A stretch of 64,000 nucleotides of DNA, taken from the IMG/VR virus record IMGVR_UViG_3300025015_000003. One strand, given 5' to 3'. This stretch comes from a virus. Position 1 is the stretch's first letter. Every line of letters begins with the position of its first letter. The notes beneath the pieces are model-generated. The model was not told the DNA's origin and made no database searches. It worked only from the letters and a program-made list of their open reading frames with translations. This document shows positions 39,089-48,010 of the stretch, in pieces. The position numbers were made by a program, and so were the translations under genes.

Positions 39089-40041
39089 TTATCCGCGGTA
39101 ACAACGTAAATGACATCCTACCCATCGGCATCATGCACTTGAAAAATGGAGAAAAACGTGACTCAAGAAACGGACCCGTCCTTGAAATTCCAACAACCGT
39201 CTGTGTCCATTACAATTACCCCGACGAACGAGTCCTTTTCGAACCTCTACGAGACTCTAACCCATTCTTTTCTCTCTTCGAGTCTTTATGGATGCTCGCC
39301 GGACGCAATGACGTTGCCTTCCTTAACGAGTACAACTCCAGAATGGCGCAGTATTCCGATGACGGAAATGGTTTCAACGCAGCCTATGGGCAACGTTTAC
39401 GCTCAGCTTTCGGAATGGATCAAATTGAGGAAACAATCAAGCGACTAAGGAAAAATCCAGATGATAGACGCGTTGTCATGCAAATTTGGGATCCGGCAGA
39501 CCTTAATAAAGAGTCAAAAGATTACGCTTGCAATCTTGTGATTACTCCGCGCATCCGCAAAGGTAAACTCGACTGGACGGTGTTCAATCGTAGTAATGAT
39601 TATCTGCTAGGTATGACCGGGGCCAACGTCGTCCACATGTCTATCATTCAAGAATATGTTGCCCGCATGGTCGGCGTACCGATGGGCAGTTACGAGCAGA
39701 TCACAAACTGCTTGCACGTTTATACAGAACTTACGCCACATTGGGAGAAACTGAAAGATCTTCCGCTTCCGGTTGATTGCCCGTACAAAGATGCTCGCGT
39801 GTCGTCATTTCCATTGATTACCAACAAAGAAAGTTGGATGTCAGACTTGTATACGTGGATGGACAAACCTTGGGGTGGGCAGACTTACGTCGATCCGTTT
39901 TTCAACTACGTCGCAAAGCCGATGGCTATCGCTCATCGAGCGCATAAGGAAGGTAAAAATGGGTTAAACTACGTAGGTGCTATACAGGCAACCGATTGGA
40001 GATTGGCTTGTGAACAATGGCTTGCTCGCCGTGAAGGATGA
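39082..40041 (+). CDS. thymidylate synthase (ThyA) family enzyme (dUMP-specific; TS or dUMP hydroxymethylase)
   Basis: By-eye alignment to E. coli ThyA across the fold. FESLWMLAG ~ ELLWFLQG. Catalytic Cys in YACNLV ~ APCHAF. FNRSNDYLLGMTGANVVH ~ YQRSCDVFLGLPFNIASY, with the Asn that selects uracil retained. His147 is replaced by Asn. 319 aa with an N-terminal extension. Confidence 0.7.
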   Translation: MLVIRGNNVNDILPIGIMHLKNGEKRDSRNGPVLEIPTTVCVHYNYPDERVLFEPLRDSNPFFSLFESLWMLAGRNDVAFLNEYNSRMAQYSDDGNGFNAAYGQRLRSAFGMDQIEETIKRLRKNPDDRRVVMQIWDPADLNKESKDYACNLVITPRIRKGKLDWTVFNRSNDYLLGMTGANVVHMSIIQEYVARMVGVPMGSYEQITNCLHVYTELTPHWEKLKDLPLPVDCPYKDARVSSFPLITNKESWMSDLYTWMDKPWGGQTYVDPFFNYVAKPMAIAHRAHKEGKNGLNYVGAIQATDWRLACEQWLARREG

Positions 40042-40141
40042 TGCCTACTGCGAGACGTTGAGTAAAATACGTCTCGCAGCTTTAAATCATTCATACGAAG
40101 TTACGATTAACGAAGCTCTTAAGAAAGGTGTGGAGAATTTT

Positions 40142-40636
40142 ATGTCAGCAAATGATTTACAAATCGGTGGGAAACATTATCAGTCTAGTATCCAGCATTG
40201 GGACTACGTTGTTGCCAATGATCTTGATTATTTCCAGGCGCAAATTACAAAGTACGTCACCCGTTGGAAGAAAAAGAACGGTATTCAAGATCTTGAAAAA
40301 GCGTTACATTTTCTTGAGAAATATCTTGAACTGAATTTTCCAAACCGTCAACTCAGAATTGACAAGGAGTTAGCTGAAAAACAAACTGAAACCTTTCAAG
40401 AGTTGAACGAAATGGCGAGGGGCACAGGTGTACCCGACCATCTCAAAGAGTTTGTTCCTACTGAGCGGCAGAAGGAAGTCGCTGCAAAGTTTGAAGACCT
40501 TCGTTTGAAGCAGGAAGAGGCACTCAGTCCGATGTTGCATAAGTTTTTGAAAGACAGCGGTGAACCTTTACCGCAAGGTTATGTTAACCAAGATTTACCT
40601 TACACGTCTGGCCCACATACAACAGACCGTAATTAG
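40142..40636 (+). CDS. DUF3310-like protein
   Basis: ATG 40142 follows a GGAG SD. GGKHYQ...IQHWDYVVAND and ITKYVTRWKKKNGIQDLEKALHFLEKYLE match the remembered DUF3310 pattern. The ORF track extends it to 39977. Confidence 0.5.
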   Translation: MSANDLQIGGKHYQSSIQHWDYVVANDLDYFQAQITKYVTRWKKKNGIQDLEKALHFLEKYLELNFPNRQLRIDKELAEKQTETFQELNEMARGTGVPDHLKEFVPTERQKEVAAKFEDLRLKQEEALSPMLHKFLKDSGEPLPQGYVNQDLPYTSGPHTTDRN

Positions 40637-40651
40637 GTGTAACATGTAGTT

Positions 40652-40725
40652 GTGCCGGTAACTTAGCGGTCTAAAGTTACGCCCTCATAAGGCGCAAATC
40701 GTGGGTTCGAATCCCACCCGGCACA
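40652..40725 (+). tRNA. tRNA-Met (anticodon CAU; could be lysidine-modified Ile2)
   Basis: Hand-folded cloverleaf. Acceptor GTGCCGG/CCGGCAC. D-stem ACTT/AAGT with GG-containing loop. Anticodon stem ACGCC/GGCGC with loop CTCATAA (U33, CAT, A37). T-arm GTGGG-TTCGAAT-CCCAC. Discriminator A. CCA not encoded. Confidence 0.7.
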
Positions 40726-40748
40726 ACTACCAACTCTATAGGTGATAT

Positions 40749-40916
40749 ATGACCAAAACTGAACAGTTGTTTACCGACCTCGTAATGCTTGATGATTTCT
40801 TTTGCTTGCTTGAGAACCTTGAGCATGAACTGAAGGCTGACGAAATTGATGCACGCAGCCAGAAAGTTCTTGATGCGCTGCGCGAATTCCACACCAACTG
40901 GTTAAAGGATGAATGA
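40749..40916 (+). CDS. small hypothetical protein
   Basis: 55 aa with an upstream TATAGG-N6-ATG context. Confidence 0.3.
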   Translation: MTKTEQLFTDLVMLDDFFCLLENLEHELKADEIDARSQKVLDALREFHTNWLKDE

Positions 40917-41140
40917 TCATGATCTGTCCACACTGCCACAAAGATGTCGAAGGTAAATGGGTTGACGAAGGTATCGGAGCATACGAATACTGGGGAGCGA
41001 AGGGTGTTCATACGCAGATGGACTTTGTCTGTGAAGAATGCGACGGCCCGCTGGAATCTGAGCAATCATACAGCGATTACGTTGCTGACATGAAGGAAGA
41101 TTTCATGGCTGATCGCTACTTCGACAAGGACTACGACTGA
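40913..41140 (+). CDS. zinc-ribbon protein
   Basis: CPHC...CEEC. 75 aa. Confidence 0.4.
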   Translation: MIMICPHCHKDVEGKWVDEGIGAYEYWGAKGVHTQMDFVCEECDGPLESEQSYSDYVADMKEDFMADRYFDKDYD

Positions 41141-41628
41141 TGCAAACCTTCCTCCCTTATCCTGACTTTGAAATGTCGGCTCAGGTTCTTGACTACCGCC
41201 GCCTCGGCAAGCAACGTGTTGAAGTGCTTCAGTTGTTGACCGCTCTTCGCACCGGACCTGAACAATGGGTTGCGATAAAAGGTGAGTACGATGAAACTGA
41301 AGGTAAGTATGAAGAAGCTAAGATCAAACGCGTCACACCTTGGTTCAATCATCCTGCTGCGAAAATGTGGCGCGGTTACGAACATGCGCTTTGTGAATAC
41401 GGGTTGTCCATCGTTCAAGAATGGATAGAACGTGGTTATAAAGACACTTGTTACGATAAGATCATGAACGTTTTGTTGGAGTTACCGTACAGCGGACTTC
41501 CACCTTGGCTCGGCAACGAAGACTTCCACGCCGCGCACCGTTCCAACCTACTTCGCAAAGACCCTGTTCATTACGGCCAATTCGGCTGGACTGAATCTAA
41601 CGATTTACCTTACATCTGGCCTGTTTAA
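41140..41628 (+). CDS. pyrimidine-dimer DNA glycosylase (T4 DenV/endonuclease V-like)
   Basis: N-terminus MQTFLPYPDFEMSAQVLDYRRLGKQRV resembles T4 endo V [27 protein letters not shown]. Similar length. Confidence 0.45.
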   Translation: MQTFLPYPDFEMSAQVLDYRRLGKQRVEVLQLLTALRTGPEQWVAIKGEYDETEGKYEEAKIKRVTPWFNHPAAKMWRGYEHALCEYGLSIVQEWIERGYKDTCYDKIMNVLLELPYSGLPPWLGNEDFHAAHRSNLLRKDPVHYGQFGWTESNDLPYIWPV

Positions 41629-41640
41629 AGAGAATAGATA

Positions 41641-42633
41641 ATGAATGTTATTAAAATACCGACTGGATTCTTGTTTTGCACTGATGGAAGTCGCGGCCAA
41701 CTTGAAACGCTCTCAATTGGCGACTATGGGAAGCGGCACAACATCAAGGCCGACTTTCTAGGTTTCACTAAAGAGATAAACGGCGTTCCTAATATGCCGA
41801 CGATGCCACTTTCAGAGAAATGGGTTATTACTTTGAGTACTCAGTACGGTTGTCCTCAAAAGTGTACATTCTGCGACGTTCCCAACATCCCATTCAAAGG
41901 GAATGCATCGTTTGATGATCTCAAGAAACAGCTTTACGAGGCGCGTGCGCTTTTTCCGGAAGTAGGTTATACAGATAGACTTAACCTTCATTTTGCCAGG
42001 ATGGGAGAGCCGATATTGAACCCTGCGGTGTTTGAGTTTTCTCGCTGGTTAGTTAACGAGAAAGCTACGTTTCAGCGCGAAACAGGTTTGCGAGTTGAAG
42101 TTCTTCACCCTGTTCTTACAACCTCCCTTCCTCGCCGATTTAAGCAATTAGGGGCGCGAATCATGGAGTGGTGCGACATCAAGAACGAAATGATGCGAGG
42201 GCAGGCCGGATTACAGTTCAGCATCAATTCCACCGATGAGAGTCAGCGAGAAACTATGTTCGCGGGTGAGTCGATTGCGCTTGAAGAACTTGCGGATATT
42301 GGGGCAGATATGCCAGAACCGTTGAGCCGGAAATACTGCCTGAACTTTGCTTACAGCACAGACTTTGAAATCGACGCCGATAAATTGCGCCGGTTATTTG
42401 ACCCGCAGAAGTTCATGGTGAAGATCACCCCGATCCACAACAACCAATCGTGTCGCACAAACGGAATATCTACAGTTGGCGGATATGAGACCTATACACC
42501 CTACGCGACCGCAGAACGTCGCCTTAAAGCAGTAGGGTTCGATGTTCTGGTATTTGTTCCGTCAATGGACGAGGAAGACGGGTTAGTGACGTGTGGAAAT
42601 CTTGTTCTTGGTGGCGGAAAGGTGTTGGTATGA
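41641..42633 (+). CDS. radical SAM enzyme
   Basis: CxxxCxxC cluster motif GCPQKCTFCD and a GGEP-like HFARMGEPILNP motif. 330 aa, which is too long for NrdG-type activases. Confidence 0.65.
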   Translation: MNVIKIPTGFLFCTDGSRGQLETLSIGDYGKRHNIKADFLGFTKEINGVPNMPTMPLSEKWVITLSTQYGCPQKCTFCDVPNIPFKGNASFDDLKKQLYEARALFPEVGYTDRLNLHFARMGEPILNPAVFEFSRWLVNEKATFQRETGLRVEVLHPVLTTSLPRRFKQLGARIMEWCDIKNEMMRGQAGLQFSINSTDESQRETMFAGESIALEELADIGADMPEPLSRKYCLNFAYSTDFEIDADKLRRLFDPQKFMVKITPIHNNQSCRTNGISTVGGYETYTPYATAERRLKAVGFDVLVFVPSMDEEDGLVTCGNLVLGGGKVLV

Positions 42634-44627
42634 CTGATAAACTTTTCCTCGACATTGAATGTTATCCAAACTACTTTCTTGCCAAACTCATGAACGACGA
42701 AGGTCGTTTTCGTGAGTTTGAAATGTACGAAGGGCAAGGATTGGATGTTGTCAAACTTCGCGCATTGCTCAATTCATACACCGTTGTCACGTTCAATGGT
42801 GTGAACTACGATTGGCCTATTCTGTCGCTTGCTTTGAATGGCGCGGATAATGAAGCATTGAAAGAAGCTTCCGATGCGATCATTGTTAATGACATGAAAC
42901 CTTGGAACTTCTACAAGCATTTCCGTTGCCAAGCGTTGAGTTATGACCACATTGACATCAAGGAAGTTGCACCGGGCGTCATGGTCAGTTTGAAGTTGTA
43001 TGCTGGGCGGCTCCATGCACCAAAGATGCAAGACTTACCTTATGACCCTGATGCATTGCTGACACGTGAACAGATGCAAGCGGTCAACCTGTATTGCGGT
43101 AACGACTTGCATGTGACTAAACAACTGTACGACGCAATCAAGGGACGCGTGACGTTGCGGGAAACCATGTCGGCAGAATACCGTACTGACCTCCGCAGTA
43201 AGTCTGACGCCCAAGTGGCCGAGGCAGTGATCAAGACTGAGTTGTTCCGGTTGACCAATAAGAAACTTGCCAAACCTTCGGTGAAAGAAAAGGAATTCTT
43301 TTACAAGGTTCCTGAGTACATGAAGTTCGAATCTGACCAATTGAACAACGTGTTTGAAATGGTCAAGCGCAGCCCGTTCACTGCCAAGACCAATGGTCAA
43401 ATTGAAATGACTGAGGAGTTGGCAAAGACACTCATCCACATCAACGGAAGTGTTTACAAATTAGGGATCGGAGGTTTACATTCCCAAGAAAGTGAAGTTA
43501 CACACTTGGCTGACGATGGGTACATGATCGTTGACCGTGACGTTACTTCGTACTATCCTAGCATCATCTTGAACCAAGGTCTGTATCCTGAAACCCTCGG
43601 CCCACACCTGTTGGAAGTATTCAAGGTTCTAGTTGACCGGCGCGTATCTGCCAAACGCAAGAACCGTGAACTTAAGAAATTAGGGGTGAAAGGTGTTCAG
43701 CATCGATTGAATTCAACTGACGATTACCGGCAAAAGATTGACGAATCGCAAGACATCGAATTTGACCGTTCCGTAACTGTCATGGATTCGTTGCGAATCA
43801 CCATTAACGGGGCATTCGGTAAACTGGGTTCGGTTTACTCCGCTTTGTACGCACCCGACTTGATGATTCAAGTCACCGTTACCGGGCAGTTGACTTTGTT
43901 GATGTTGATTGAGCGGTTTGAAATGGCAGGCATCAAGGTGATCAGTGCCAATACTGATGGTATTGTGACCCGTTACCCGCGTTCGCGGCATGAGGAAGTT
44001 GCAGCAATCGTTAAGCAGTTTGAACAAGAGACGCAGTTTGAATTTGAAGACACGCACTATTCAGGACTGTATTCGCGAGATGTGAACAACTATATCGCAA
44101 TTAAGCCAGATGGTGAGGTTAAGACCAAAGGTACGTTCAAAGCAGGTGACTTGCAGAAGAATCCTCAGAACGATATCTGCAACGAAGCATTGATTGCTTA
44201 CCTGAAAGACGGTACACCGATTGAAGAAACTATCCGCGCTTGCAAGGACATACGAAAGTTTGTCACGGTGCGAACTGTGAAGGGTGGTGGTGTCTACGCA
44301 GGTCAATATCTCGGCAAAGTTGTCCGCTGGTTCTACGGCACAGATTCACTCGGTACAATCAACTACGTCAAGTCTGGTAACAAAGTACCGCGAACCGACG
44401 GATGTGTGCCTTTAATGGACTTACCTATTGATTTCCCTAACAATGTAAACTATAATTTTTACATCAACGAGGTCAACGATTTGTTGATGGATATCGGTTT
44501 AGTCGCCCGCCCACCTGTAGTTAAGAAAACTCGTGCAAAAGCTGTGCCAAAACCGACCAAAGAAGATATCGCACACTTCAAAGAGATGGACAAGATTATT
44601 GATGCAGCCTTTGCTGAGGAGAAATGA
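42630..44627 (+). CDS. family B DNA polymerase
   Basis: Exo I FLDIECYPNYF (DxE). Pol motif A DRDVTSYYPSII (DxxSLYPS). Motif B ITINGAFGKLGS (KxxxNSxYG-like). Motif C ISANTDGIV (DTD). ATG 42630 overlaps the upstream stop. 665 aa. Confidence 0.8.
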   Translation: MTDKLFLDIECYPNYFLAKLMNDEGRFREFEMYEGQGLDVVKLRALLNSYTVVTFNGVNYDWPILSLALNGADNEALKEASDAIIVNDMKPWNFYKHFRCQALSYDHIDIKEVAPGVMVSLKLYAGRLHAPKMQDLPYDPDALLTREQMQAVNLYCGNDLHVTKQLYDAIKGRVTLRETMSAEYRTDLRSKSDAQVAEAVIKTELFRLTNKKLAKPSVKEKEFFYKVPEYMKFESDQLNNVFEMVKRSPFTAKTNGQIEMTEELAKTLIHINGSVYKLGIGGLHSQESEVTHLADDGYMIVDRDVTSYYPSIILNQGLYPETLGPHLLEVFKVLVDRRVSAKRKNRELKKLGVKGVQHRLNSTDDYRQKIDESQDIEFDRSVTVMDSLRITINGAFGKLGSVYSALYAPDLMIQVTVTGQLTLLMLIERFEMAGIKVISANTDGIVTRYPRSRHEEVAAIVKQFEQETQFEFEDTHYSGLYSRDVNNYIAIKPDGEVKTKGTFKAGDLQKNPQNDICNEALIAYLKDGTPIEETIRACKDIRKFVTVRTVKGGGVYAGQYLGKVVRWFYGTDSLGTINYVKSGNKVPRTDGCVPLMDLPIDFPNNVNYNFYINEVNDLLMDIGLVARPPVVKKTRAKAVPKPTKEDIAHFKEMDKIIDAAFAEEK

Positions 44628-44628
44628 A

Positions 44629-45405
44629 ATGTTAACAGTTTATATCCCCACCCTCGGTAGGACGACACGGCAGGAGACCGCTAAGGCGCTCGCCGCTGCT
44701 GGCGTACCCTACCGCCTTGTATGTAGGCCCGAGGAGGCTGCAAAGCTCTCAGAGAGGCACCCTGTAATGGTTGAACTAGCCAATTTACCCAAGGGCATTG
44801 GCTACAGCCGCCAATTTATTATGGACAACGCTGAAGGCGATAAAGTGCTCATGATGGACGATGATCTCGCTTTTGCAAGGCGCGGCAAGCGTACAGACAA
44901 TCTGCTTTATTTGACCCCTTGTACGAATGAAGATATTCGCTCAATGGTGAACTTGGTTGAAGATCATCTTGGTGACTATGCAATGGTCGGTATCTCTTCA
45001 CGTGAAGGTAACAATCGTAAGGAAGGTGAATGGAGTGAGAACACTCGGATCATGCGCGTGTTCGGGCTTTATAAACCTTCCTTTATTGCAGCAGGTTGCG
45101 ACTTCACTTCCTTGAAGGTAATGGAAGACTTTGATGTCACACTGACTCTGTTGACCAACGGTTACAAGAACATTGAGATCAACACGTTCACAAACAATCA
45201 ACCCGGTAGCAACCTTGACGGCGGTTGCAAGGAGTATCGGACAATTGAAACGCAGGGCGAAGCAGCTCATGCTCTGGTTGCCAAATACCCCGGTCTAGTC
45301 GTCCCTGTTGAAAAGGAAACCAAGACATCATGGGGTGGCGGTACAAGAACTGACGTTCGTATCTACTGGAAAAAAGCCTTTGCGAAAGGTGTTGCAAAGA
45401 AATAA
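44629..45405 (+). CDS. GT-A-like glycosyltransferase-fold protein (DxD motif)
   Basis: N-terminal VYIPTLGR (GT2-like start) and MMDDDLAF DxD motif. 258 aa, start at ATG 44629. Confidence 0.35.
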   Translation: MLTVYIPTLGRTTRQETAKALAAAGVPYRLVCRPEEAAKLSERHPVMVELANLPKGIGYSRQFIMDNAEGDKVLMMDDDLAFARRGKRTDNLLYLTPCTNEDIRSMVNLVEDHLGDYAMVGISSREGNNRKEGEWSENTRIMRVFGLYKPSFIAAGCDFTSLKVMEDFDVTLTLLTNGYKNIEINTFTNNQPGSNLDGGCKEYRTIETQGEAAHALVAKYPGLVVPVEKETKTSWGGGTRTDVRIYWKKAFAKGVAKK

Positions 45406-45445
45406 ACCTGCTGCAAACTGTATTTACCAACCACAAAGGAGTAGC

Positions 45446-46054
45446 ATGAAAACGCGTGAAGGAACATACGACGATTATATCGTAAAAGAAATTGCCCGCA
45501 CTTACGGCTGGATGGATGTCAAAGACAAAGTTGTAATGGACATCGGCGCTTGCTTTGGCGCTGCGGCGGTTTTCTTTGCTGACAAAGGTGCAAGGTGTGT
45601 TGTAGCTTACGAACCTGAACCTGACAATTACCGATTGCTTTGTGAAAATGCTCTCGGTCACATGATAGATTCTGAAAATTTGGCGGTGTCAGATGTTGCA
45701 GGTGAGATCTCATTCTATGTCAATGAGAACGGTATCAACAAAGGTTCGCATACGACCCGTCCGACGCGTGGTCGTAAAGAGATCAAAGTATCGACTGTTT
45801 CATTCGATAAAGAACTTGCGCGTATCAAACCTGAAGTTCTTAAGATCGACTGCGAGGGTGCAGAATATACGCTCCTTACCAAACCTCTTCCAGACTTCGT
45901 TAAACAGGTAACTATTGAAATTCACCGCACGAACAAAGAATATATCGCGGCAGCGTACGAACTTGTGAAACTCTTTGCCGATTGGGAATGTGTGCGCCAG
46001 CCGAAACTCGACGGCGGCCATTGGCAAACCATTGGATGTTGGAGACGGAAATGA
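45446..46054 (+). CDS. FkbM-family SAM-dependent methyltransferase
   Basis: SAM motif I VVMDIGACFGAAA and the FkbM-signature LKIDCEGAEY. ATG 45446 follows an AAAGGAG SD. Confidence 0.6.
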   Translation: MKTREGTYDDYIVKEIARTYGWMDVKDKVVMDIGACFGAAAVFFADKGARCVVAYEPEPDNYRLLCENALGHMIDSENLAVSDVAGEISFYVNENGINKGSHTTRPTRGRKEIKVSTVSFDKELARIKPEVLKIDCEGAEYTLLTKPLPDFVKQVTIEIHRTNKEYIAAAYELVKLFADWECVRQPKLDGGHWQTIGCWRRK

Positions 46055-46212
46055 AAGGTAACAACGAATTGATTCTTAATGAAGCGACTATGATTGAAAT
46101 CGTTCAAGCGTGGTTGAATGCGAATATGTTGGGAGATGTCCCTTTGGTAAGTGCCGTGGTCGCTTCCAATGACGTTAAAAACTTATTCAAAATAAAATTG
46201 GAAAATGAATAA
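46051..46212 (+). CDS. small hypothetical protein
   Basis: 53 aa with ATGA overlap. Confidence 0.3.
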   Translation: MKGNNELILNEATMIEIVQAWLNANMLGDVPLVSAVVASNDVKNLFKIKLENE

Positions 46213-46958
46213 TGAACCTTGTTCCGCATTATACATGGAGCTTTAGTAGTTTAGGACTCTTCGAATGTCCGCGCAAGTACGAGTTGCTTCGCGCCAAACG
46301 ACTTATCGAAAGCCAGAAGTCTGAAGCAGGTAACGAAGGTGCGAGGTTGCACGAACTGATTGAAACATATATCAAAGGTGGTGAACTTGACCCTGATATC
46401 GCCCGGTGGAAACGCATCCTTGATGTCTACAAAGCAAAGGACGGAAAGTGCGAAGAGGAATATGCGTTTAAGTGGGTTCCTTGTATCTCTTTGAATGAAG
46501 ACGCTGTTGAAAAACTCGAACCTGTTTACGAACGTAAACTCGTCCGCTGTAAGGGTGATGACCCTGATCGCTGGTACTTAGGTTTCGTCGATTGGATGAA
46601 GATTGACGGCAACAAGTGTGAAATTGCCGACTGGAAGACTGGCAAGGTCAAGGTGACCAAACAACTCCAACTTTACGCATGGGTGGTTATGCTCGCGCAC
46701 CCTGAAGTTGACACCGTCAAAGTCACATTCCACTTCTTGAACTACAATGACCAAGTGAGTGATTGGTTCTACCGCAAAGACATGGACAAGATGTTTCAAT
46801 ACTTCAAAGATATTCTTGAAGAGATTGACAACTGTTACCGCACTGACGTTTGGTTTGAAGTTCCTGGAGATATTGTCAAAAAGACTGGACGTGGTGTTCA
46901 TTGCACCTACTGTCCGGCAACTTTGCAACACTGTTCACACGGGAAGGAGGAATTTTGA
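46212..46958 (+). CDS. PD-(D/E)xK nuclease, Cas4/RecB-like with C-terminal Cys cluster
   Basis: Core motif EIADWKTGK...QLQLYA (D-x-K ... Q-x-x-Y) and terminal CTYCPATLQHC cluster. Confidence 0.6.
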   Translation: MNLVPHYTWSFSSLGLFECPRKYELLRAKRLIESQKSEAGNEGARLHELIETYIKGGELDPDIARWKRILDVYKAKDGKCEEEYAFKWVPCISLNEDAVEKLEPVYERKLVRCKGDDPDRWYLGFVDWMKIDGNKCEIADWKTGKVKVTKQLQLYAWVVMLAHPEVDTVKVTFHFLNYNDQVSDWFYRKDMDKMFQYFKDILEEIDNCYRTDVWFEVPGDIVKKTGRGVHCTYCPATLQHCSHGKEEF

Positions 46959-47124
46959 TGTTCTGTTTTTTATATCGCATACAAGACTGCAAAAGGTTAT
47001 TCGTGGCGCATCGTTAATACTAAACTCGACCTTGACAATGCGCAAGATCTTATAACTTGGATTTCTGGAGAAGAGAAATCCAGAGATACCGAGATCGTCC
47101 CTATATTTTGGAAAAGGATGAACA

Positions 47125-47355
47125 ATGAAGCAGACGAATCTTGCAAATGAAAGAAGTTTTCAACGCGCTCAAAAGAAGCGAATTGAACTTCTCGCATTAC
47201 TGCCTGATCAATTCACACCGACTCAGGCTTCTGAAGCATGGGACATGACAATCCTCAATGTCAACGCAATGACTCAGAAGATGCGGCGGTACAAATTGAT
47301 CACACCGAACGAAGGTAACGTAGGTCGTATTTTCACTAAAGTAAAGGAAGCGTGA
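47125..47355 (+). CDS. small putative DNA-binding protein
   Basis: 76 aa, basic, HTH-like central segment. Confidence 0.3.
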   Translation: MKQTNLANERSFQRAQKKRIELLALLPDQFTPTQASEAWDMTILNVNAMTQKMRRYKLITPNEGNVGRIFTKVKEA

Positions 47356-47828
47356 TGGAAGTTAAGTTTTTAGATAAACGGTTGACTGAGTTCAAACCTT
47401 CAACCAAGTTGGCGGCAGGTTACGATCTTCGTGCTTGCATTGAACAGGCGATTTGGATTACTCCGGGCGGGCAGGAAAAGATTCGGACAGGTATCGCTAT
47501 TGACCAATCTGCGTTGATAACGAATGAGAACTGGCAAAGTCATGGTTTCGATCTACTACCTTGTGCCATCATCATGCCGCGTTCTGGCCTCGGTTGCAAA
47601 GGTGTGAAGCCGCGCAATACACCTGGATTGATTGATGCTGACTACCAAGGTGAGATCATTGTCTGCTTATACAATGAAGGAAACGAGTCAGTTCATATTC
47701 AACCGATGGACCGCGTTGCACAACTGGTCTTCACCCTTGCAATCCACCCTGTGATGTCTGTCGTTGAAGAATTCAGCAATGTGACTGAACGGGGTGCGAA
47801 CGGCTTTGGTTCAACGGGGAAACAATGA
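47352..47828 (+). CDS. dut: dUTP diphosphatase (dUTPase)
   Basis: dUTPase motifs AAGYDLRA (I), PRSGL (II), GLIDADYQGEI (III), RGANGFGSTG (V). Confidence 0.8.
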   Translation: MMEVKFLDKRLTEFKPSTKLAAGYDLRACIEQAIWITPGGQEKIRTGIAIDQSALITNENWQSHGFDLLPCAIIMPRSGLGCKGVKPRNTPGLIDADYQGEIIVCLYNEGNESVHIQPMDRVAQLVFTLAIHPVMSVVEEFSNVTERGANGFGSTGKQ

Positions 47829-48010
47829 TGTTCGATGTTGGTCAGGTCATCTCCGAAGTTCCCAAAGATGTTGTTCCAGCAGGTTGTAAGGAACTCGTTG
47901 TGTACGACTTCGGAGACGACGGTAGAATGGTTGAAGTTAAAGGATTCTATGACTATTCGACAGGAGTGTTGACGATTCAAGAAATAAACACGGTTGCGGC
48001 AGACGGCTAA
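47825..48010 (+). CDS. small hypothetical protein
   Basis: 61 aa. Confidence 0.3.
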   Translation: MMFDVGQVISEVPKDVVPAGCKELVVYDFGDDGRMVEVKGFYDYSTGVLTIQEINTVAADG

